A stretch of DNA of 64,000 bases from Lingula anatina. Lineage: Eukaryota; Animalia; Brachiopoda. Where the stretch lies: positions 47,064,401-47,128,400 of the forward strand of contig CM120641.1 in the NCBI GenBank assembly GCA_051362555.1, read 5' to 3'. Below are positions 60,557-64,000 of the stretch, piece by piece. The notes under the pieces are model-generated. The model searched no databases and was not told the DNA's origin. It worked only from the letters and a program-made list of their open reading frames with translations. The translations under genes and the position numbers were made by a program. Every line of letters begins with the position of its first letter. The stretch's first letter is position 1.

Positions 60557-63500
60557 CTTATTCTTTATGTACAGGTGTGCTCATGAAGCCATCATTCCTG
60601 TCTTTTACCATAGATAATATCTTACCTGGAATGAATCCCCAAAGCACCAACTGTCATACAGTATATGACATCATATTGTGTTATGAATTTAAAAAAAAGT
60701 TATGCGTTTCAGCATTTTTTCTGGGATACGCAATGACTGCATACCATAAATAAATTCAACATTTTCCACTGTTGTAGTCCTTTCAATCAATATGTGTAAA
60801 ATATTCCATTCATTTGATCAATAAAATATTTTGAAGTTTAGATATTTTTATTTTTATTCAAAAGATAAAAACAAATCAATACAGCGCGGGTCATGTTGGG
60901 TTTCACGTGTTTCTTGTGCAATTCAACAGTTGCAAGATGGAAACTACCAAAAATGAAAAAAAAAATGTATTTGTAAGACTTAATCTAAGCCTTTCTTTTT
61001 TCATGACTGGGTGAAGCCAAACTTATTTATTCATCTTTATCATTTATTAATTTCGTTTAATTTTTGTCAGATTACAGGTTATGGTTGAGTTTCTAATAAT
61101 TGTAATGATAGGATTCGTATTGAGAAACCGCACCTCTATAAAGTTATCTGTTCTTTTTATCAAATGAAGATGACCTTGGCGATAGCTGAATATATAGCGT
61201 CTTTTTATGATTAATGGCCATTACATGAAATGACCTGCCAACATGTAGACTCGACCTTGAACGCCAGCAGGTGTTTTGTTATCGAGATTTTAACAATAAT
61301 GGGCAAGAGCGTTCAAAACATCAATTAAGTCTAACACCGGTTGACCACAGTGTTATTGTGAGTCGCTAATATTTTTAATGAAATATTTATTTTTAATGAC
61401 CCTCGGCTTGAGTTCGTGGTTAAATCTGGTTACAGGACAACCACTATATCCAGGCTTAGTGTGGTCATATTTCAACATGTTTTGTAAAATAGTTTCTGGA
61501 CCCTCTGCGGGAGCTTGCATAATTCTAATACCAGTCTTATTCTTTCTCTGTTTTTGTAATTTTTTAATGTGTCGTTTTCAGATATATATTTTAATGAATA
61601 CGAATGTTAATGAAAAAAGCCTTCGTCTCTTCCTAGTGTAATTGTGCTAGAGAAGCAGAGACAGAAGCATTGATTATAGCAGTGGCTTGGGATCAAAGTG
61701 GAGAGACGTGTAATGCAGTCTATAAGAGTCGTGATGTAAGAATTTTATCAAAATATTAAAAGGGAAATGAGTGATTGCGTTTTAATTATTGCAATTTCTT
61801 ATTTTTGTTTTTGTTTTTGCATATATATATTTTTTTACATTCTGATGTTTTCTAGTCCTGATTTATTTTTTAAAATGAGAAAAGTCGAGTGTAGTACACA
61901 GAATGAAGCTTTACTCTAAGACTCAGAACAATACATGTCGGTGACGACTGAAATTGTCAGTAGAGCTCTACATGTTCAATCTATGAACTTGAAACAAAAT
62001 TCCTGACCTTTGCGATGATTTAGTCCGTAGATCAAATCTTAGATCCTTTCTTAATTATGATCATCAGCAACACATTAACTTTTTATGCCGTATGGAATAA
62101 CAACTTGCATGAGATAGGAACGTGCTCGAATGTACCAGTGTGGGAGTTTCTACTAAAGACTATGATTTACAGATATATGATTCAACGACCTGAACGGCTG
62201 TTTAATGATAGCATGGTGAATAATATAAGTGTCCTGTCTTATCTCCTTCGTAATGACTGCTCTGTACCTGGTAACTCAGTTCCACTACCACTTCATTTTC
62301 TCGTGAAATGAATCATAATCAAAATGTCAAAAAGTGAAATAACAGATATTAAGTTTTTTATGCCACTCCCTCATCAAAGTACGTATTATCTACCATGTCT
62401 TGTGTAAAATAAAGTCTAGATTGGTACCTATAAAATATTCACCTTGTGCAAGTTTCTCAGTCTTTATCCACAAAAAAAGTAAGGCCTATACTGTCAAGCA
62501 CCATTTCACTGTGATTACAATTTTTGCCAGATTATATCTGATTATATCAGGTTATATTTGTTAAGTAACTTCATAAAACGACATCTTATGCCCAAGTATT
62601 TGAATTCTGCATTCCAGTTTGCTTCTTAAACAGAAGTTACTAGAAAGAATTTAACGTTGTAGGTTTTGCTGTACTACTCGAATAAAAATGAGAACTTCCT
62701 AAATCCATTTCCAGATAGTTTTGAACCAGGTCTTCTGTGAGGAGAACTGGTTTACCGTCCTGGGTATCACACGCGACCTCACTGCATATCGTTAATAAAC
62801 GTAGGGTTAGCTTAATTATATCCACTTTACAGATTTGGAAACATCAAAGTAATTGTACACCACGGTACCAAGCAGCTATAAAAGATTTTCTGCAAGGAAA
62901 GAAAAGATTCCAGTTGAAGTGGAATAACCACGCGTGGAGTTGTCATGGTTCATGAATTCACCCAGACTTTCAGGGGACCAAAAACAACAACAACAACATT
63001 TTCAATCCTCTGAAATATTTTGATCATATTGTTAACATAAAATATGTAGAGGTCGTGGAAACAGAAGTCAAAACGCGTTTATTTTTGTCATGCCAAATTA
63101 CATATCCATAACAGATATATCTATTTTGAAAAACAAAAATAGATCCTTATGATGATTTTACCCTAAAGAAAAGATAAAATAAAAGATAATGTGTTTCAAA
63201 AACAAAAATATCAACACGTTTTGAATTTTTTCAGTCCAAATAGATAACACCGATAAAGTCATTTATAAAAAAACAGGCTCCCGTCCTCATTGTTTACGCT
63301 CACTTCAGTGCACAATAGACATCTTCTTTGTAAAATGAGCTACTCTGTTCTCGATACACCGATTAAAGAATGAGATAGCATAAAGAAGGCATGCATGCAA
63401 TTTGAACTGTCAACAACTTTTTTTTCTGGCATCTTCTCAGTAAAACTAGGATAAAATATTTGAGGTTGCAACTTGTTCACATAAGACGTTTTTATCTTTT

Positions 63501-64000
63501 TCCATTACTTTTTCTTAAAGGTGTTTATTTAAATCATACCTATTTCACCAATTGATATGGTAATAGAATTAAGTTGCGTAGGTCCTATTGTTTCAACATT
63601 TGTTTTACGTTTATTTCCACCATTAACTGATGTCACCAATAAATGGTTAAGAATTTCAATGCCCATTTGTTCTTTTCGAACCGAAACTCTTATCGTGCAT
63701 AATAGTGAAGAGCACGAAATGTTAATGATAAGTACAAAATGTGAAACTGCTGATCCGCGTCATAGAATTGTTTAAAGACAATGGATACATTGTATATAGT
63801 TTTTAGCATAGTAGTATCTTACTCCTTGAGAATACTTTTTGAAGCATGTATAAAATGGTTAAACTTTGTGCGTGAAGCAGTCAGATTTTATTTATTTATT
63901 CATTTATTTATTCTGTTATTATTGTTATTGTTTTTAAAAAAAGTTTCAAGAGATACAGAAAAGGGTCAAGTAAATTGCTCTCAGTCTCAAGGTACATATT

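Noticed and set aside
62640-62955. Short ORFs near the window end as exons of a further gene
   Set aside because: They have a somewhat coding-like composition, but there is no recognisable homology and no convincing splice chain within the window.

Overview
This is AT-rich, intron-containing eukaryotic DNA from an animal. Gene content and repeat types suggest a marine invertebrate, possibly a lophotrochozoan; that is inference only. Six spliced protein-coding genes can be reconstructed exon by exon with consistent reading phase. (1) A minus-strand type I membrane mucin-like protein (1775-7939) with a signal peptide, a Gly-Asn repeat, a Cys-rich domain resembling a divergent SUEL/rhamnose-binding lectin, a Thr/Pro stalk, an 11-aa Ser/Asn/Ala/Gly/Asp repeat, a TM helix and a cytoplasmic tail. 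(2) An endonuclease IV/Apn1-family AP endonuclease with one GC-AG intron. (3) LAMTOR2, head-to-head with (4) ecdysoneless/ECD, which has 14 exons and one 13.5-kb intron rich in CAGGTG and TGACAG motifs. (5) POLDIP3/SKAR, head-to-head with (6) THUMPD1. Mobile DNA includes a 7-bp-TSD TIR element with a nested Harbinger-like MITE, a TTAA-flanked Kolobok-like element, several palindromic MITE families (one with 5-bp TSDs), a Gypsy remnant and a young 5'-truncated LINE. CpG depletion over the housekeeping cluster (about 17-60 kb) versus CpG-richer flanks and promoters suggests mosaic gene-body methylation. No prokaryotic systems, CRISPR arrays, rRNA or tRNA genes were found. The best candidates for something undescribed are the lectin-mucin receptor and the motif-dense giant ECD intron.
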